DNA of 61,432 nt from the IMG/VR virus record IMGVR_UViG_3300045243_000055, positions 1 to 61,432 of that record; one strand, 5' to 3'. The translations under genes and the position numbers were made by a program. A model generated the notes under the pieces. It was given only the letters and a program-made list of their open reading frames with translations. It made no database searches and was not told where the DNA came from. This document shows positions 58,787 to 61,432 of this stretch, piece by piece. Position 1 is the first letter of the stretch. Each line of letters starts with the position of its first letter. The stretch comes from a virus. Its lineage: Duplodnaviria > Caudoviricetes.

Positions 58787-59379
58787 TGCCCGCGCCGCAT
58801 TACTCGGATCACGACTACCACGCAGCGTTGGCGGCGCTCGCGCCGCGAGGTCGCGCATGGCCGCGCGAGCCCGACAGCGTGTTCTCGAAGACGCTGCGCG
58901 CGCTGGCGCCGACCTACACGCGCAGCGGCGGGCGCGCCGGCACGCTGCTGGTGGACGCCTTCCCGGTCGCGCCGGTCGAATTGCTGCCGGAGTGGGAAGC
59001 CACACTCGGGTTGCCAGATCCGTGCACCGGCCCGCTGCCGACCATCCAGCAGCGGCAGGAACAGGTCGCCGCGCGCTTCGCTGCCGGCGGCGGTCAGTCG
59101 ATCGCCTTCTACGTCAAGTACGCTGCCTCGCTCGGCTACCCGATAACGATTACGCAGTTCACGCCTTCGTATTTCGGCACGGGGTTCGGTCAGACATTTC
59201 ATGGCGAGGAATGGTCGCACACGTGGCAGGTGAATGCGCCGACCTTCTCACTGCAACGGTTCGAGTTCGGCCGCAACGCGCTCGGTGAGCCGTTCCAGTA
59301 CTGGGCCAACACCGTCCTGCAATGCGAACTGCAACGCCTCGCCCCGGCGCACACCTTCCTGATCTTCTCCTACTCCTGA
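58786..59379 (+). CDS. Mu gp48 / DUF2313 baseplate protein
   Basis: PRGRAW, LLPEWEATLGLPD, PAHT. Confidence 0.9.
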   Translation: MPAPHYSDHDYHAALAALAPRGRAWPREPDSVFSKTLRALAPTYTRSGGRAGTLLVDAFPVAPVELLPEWEATLGLPDPCTGPLPTIQQRQEQVAARFAAGGGQSIAFYVKYAASLGYPITITQFTPSYFGTGFGQTFHGEEWSHTWQVNAPTFSLQRFEFGRNALGEPFQYWANTVLQCELQRLAPAHTFLIFSYS

Positions 59380-59389
59380 GAGGGGCGCC

Positions 59390-60439
59390 ATGAACCGACT
59401 CCGCGCTGCGAATACCGTCCCGTTTGCCAATCGCGACATCGCGCCGGTCAGCGGCACGCCGCAATACGCCACCAATGGCATTCCCGGGAGTGTCGCGCCC
59501 ACCATCTGGCCGGCCTACGCCTACAACCAAATTCAGGACGAGCTTATGGCGGTGATCACCGCCTCCGGCCTGACGCCCGACGACACCGACTGGGGTCAGC
59601 TTCTCAAGGCGCTCAACCGGCTGTTCGTCCCGCGCATTCAGGTCACGGCCGACATGATCATCTACGTGTCGCCGACCGGCAATGATGCCAACAACGGACA
59701 GACGGCCGGCACCGCGTTCCTGACGATCCAGGCGGCGATCAATTCGGTTTACTCGCAGTACGACTGGCGCGGCCACAACTGCACCATCCAGCTTGCTGAC
59801 GGCACCTACAACTTCAACGTGACCGGTCAGTTTCTCGCGTATTTTGGCGGTATGCCGTTCGGGATGCCGGCCTTCGCTCTGACCCTGCAAGGCAATCCGA
59901 CAAATCCGCAGAACGTCGTGCTCAACTCCACCAACGCCAATGGCATCCAGGTGGATAGAGCGTTTATGTATCTGAACGGCATGACCATCCGCGCGACTGG
60001 CACCGTGTGGACGATCACCCAAATCATCGGCCTTGGTCTCAATGCGGTCCGAAACGGCTGGGCGTACTGCTCCAACATGAGGTTCGACCAGACCGGCGGC
60101 ATGTTCGCGGTGCGAGCCGACTGGAACGGGGTCGCCATCCTGACCGGCACCAACAACGCAATTACCGGCTCGGGCCAGTGGGGTGTCGCCGCAGCGTTAT
60201 TCGGCACGATCTACATCACCGGAGCAACCATCACTGTCACCGGCTGGACGGCGGTCAACACGCTGTGGTGGGCGGATCAGGGGCGCATCGAAGCGTCGGT
60301 CGTCACGTTTGTCGGCACCGCTACCGGCACACGATACGGCGCGGTTGACAACGGCGTCATCCAAACCGGCGGCGGCGGTCCCAACTATTTCCCCGGCTCC
60401 GTCGCGGGGGCTGTCAATACGGGCGGCCAGTACGCCTAA
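59390..60439 (+). CDS. Tail fibre protein
   Basis: NQIQDELMAVI..GL..QLLKAL N-terminus; YVSPTGND, IQLADGTY. Confidence 0.8.
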   Translation: MNRLRAANTVPFANRDIAPVSGTPQYATNGIPGSVAPTIWPAYAYNQIQDELMAVITASGLTPDDTDWGQLLKALNRLFVPRIQVTADMIIYVSPTGNDANNGQTAGTAFLTIQAAINSVYSQYDWRGHNCTIQLADGTYNFNVTGQFLAYFGGMPFGMPAFALTLQGNPTNPQNVVLNSTNANGIQVDRAFMYLNGMTIRATGTVWTITQIIGLGLNAVRNGWAYCSNMRFDQTGGMFAVRADWNGVAILTGTNNAITGSGQWGVAAALFGTIYITGATITVTGWTAVNTLWWADQGRIEASVVTFVGTATGTRYGAVDNGVIQTGGGGPNYFPGSVAGAVNTGGQYA

Positions 60440-60451
60440 AGGGAGGCCGTC

Positions 60452-60718
60452 ATGCTGCTGTTCAATGCGATCGACTGGTACTGGATCGTCGGCGGTAGCG
60501 GACCGCATCTGGACGCCAACGGCGACTTCACCGGCGACGAGACACGGCGCTTTGCGTCCGGTCGGAACCAGTACGTGCCCGCCGAGGACACCACCTACGT
60601 CGCATGGCGCGACGCGGCGGTCGCGATGATCGGCCACGACCCGACCACGCGCATCGACACCGAGGCAAACCTGACGCTGGTGCTTGAGCCCTACGGCATC
60701 ACGCCGAACTTCTCCTGA
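60452..60718 (+). CDS. Small tail-fibre-associated protein
   Basis: GGAGG RBS; follows the fibre gene. Confidence 0.6.
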   Translation: MLLFNAIDWYWIVGGSGPHLDANGDFTGDETRRFASGRNQYVPAEDTTYVAWRDAAVAMIGHDPTTRIDTEANLTLVLEPYGITPNFS

Positions 60719-60730
60719 GAGGATCACCGC

Positions 60731-61348
60731 ATGACCGGCTACACTGACGCAGCCGCGCAGGCGCAGCTTGACGCGCTGATCGTTGCTTACCCGTACGTCG
60801 CGCTGTTCAGTGCCATCGGCACCGACGCCGGCAGCGGCTTCACCGAGGCCGCGTTCGGCGCCTACGCGCGGGTGAACTCTACCGGGCTGTGGTCGCCGGC
60901 GTCCGGCTCGGCGCCGTCCAGCAAGACCAACAGTGGCACCGTCGCGTTTCCGACCAGCACATCGACGGGGCTGGATCTGATCGGCTTCGGCCTCTACTCG
61001 GCGGCGACCGCCGGCACGCTGGGGTTCTGGGACTACCTCGGAAACTTCCCGTGGCGGCCTGCGACATTCACCCTCGCCTCGCCGTCGATCGTCACGCTGC
61101 CCGGCCACGCCTTCGCCAATGCCGACAAGGTGGTCGCCTCCCCGGAGGGCGGCAGCGAAGGCACCATCGCGCCGGGCTGGACGGCCGGGCTGCTGACCGT
61201 CGCGAGCGTCACGACGGACAGCTTCAATGTCGGCGTGAATGCCGCGAACACCGGCGGTCTGATGATCCGCAAGGTGCTGCCGCAGTCGGTGGTCGCGAAC
61301 ATGACCATCCAGTTCCTCGCTGGTCAGTTGGTCGTCACCCTCGCCTGA
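60731..61348 (+). CDS. Virion structural protein
   Basis: YVALF..YARV..NSGTVAFPT..FGLYSAATAG pattern common in phage tail proteins. Confidence 0.65.
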   Translation: MTGYTDAAAQAQLDALIVAYPYVALFSAIGTDAGSGFTEAAFGAYARVNSTGLWSPASGSAPSSKTNSGTVAFPTSTSTGLDLIGFGLYSAATAGTLGFWDYLGNFPWRPATFTLASPSIVTLPGHAFANADKVVASPEGGSEGTIAPGWTAGLLTVASVTTDSFNVGVNAANTGGLMIRKVLPQSVVANMTIQFLAGQLVVTLA

Positions 61349-61432
61349 TCGTCGATGGCGTTCCCGGCTGGCATCACGCTCGATCTGGATTTCACGGCCG
61401 GGCTGCCGGCGGGCAATACAGTCACGCTCGAC
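61295..61432. repeat. Terminal direct repeat, right copy
   Basis: Matches 1-138 with one mismatch. Confidence 0.95.

Noticed and set aside
38719-60022. Many long minus-strand ORFs opposite the structural genes
   Set aside because: Shadow ORFs expected in high-GC coding DNA, with no motifs or RBS support
59390-60439. Diversity-generating retroelement or invertible tail fibre
   Set aside because: No reverse transcriptase, invertase or template/variable repeat pair was seen

Overview
The window is an apparently complete, circularly assembled phage genome of about 61.3 kb (138-bp terminal overlap), GC-rich. GcrA-like and GapR-like genes point to an alphaproteobacterial host. It has an HK97-type head module (HNH, TerS, TerL, portal, protease, capsid), a Mu-like contractile tail and baseplate with a -1 frameshifted tail chaperone, a long block of tail-appendage and glycan-active genes, a CI/Cro switch with four GTGAA-N7-TTCAC operators, a RecE-like exonuclease plus AAA ATPase, ParB-like and adenine MTase genes, and a plasmid-type replication module. 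No integrase is recognisable. The most notable signal is at 26.0-27.6 kb: a lone Cas7/RAMP-like gene and a 169-aa partner gene are interleaved with three noncoding arrays of 27-28 perfectly phased pentamers (constant CGC plus a variable dinucleotide on the sense strand). This is a candidate non-CRISPR RNA-guided system. Downstream lies an array of small-gene cassettes joined by a repeated 20-bp RBS/start/stop junction. All functional calls come from motif recognition by eye; no searches were run.
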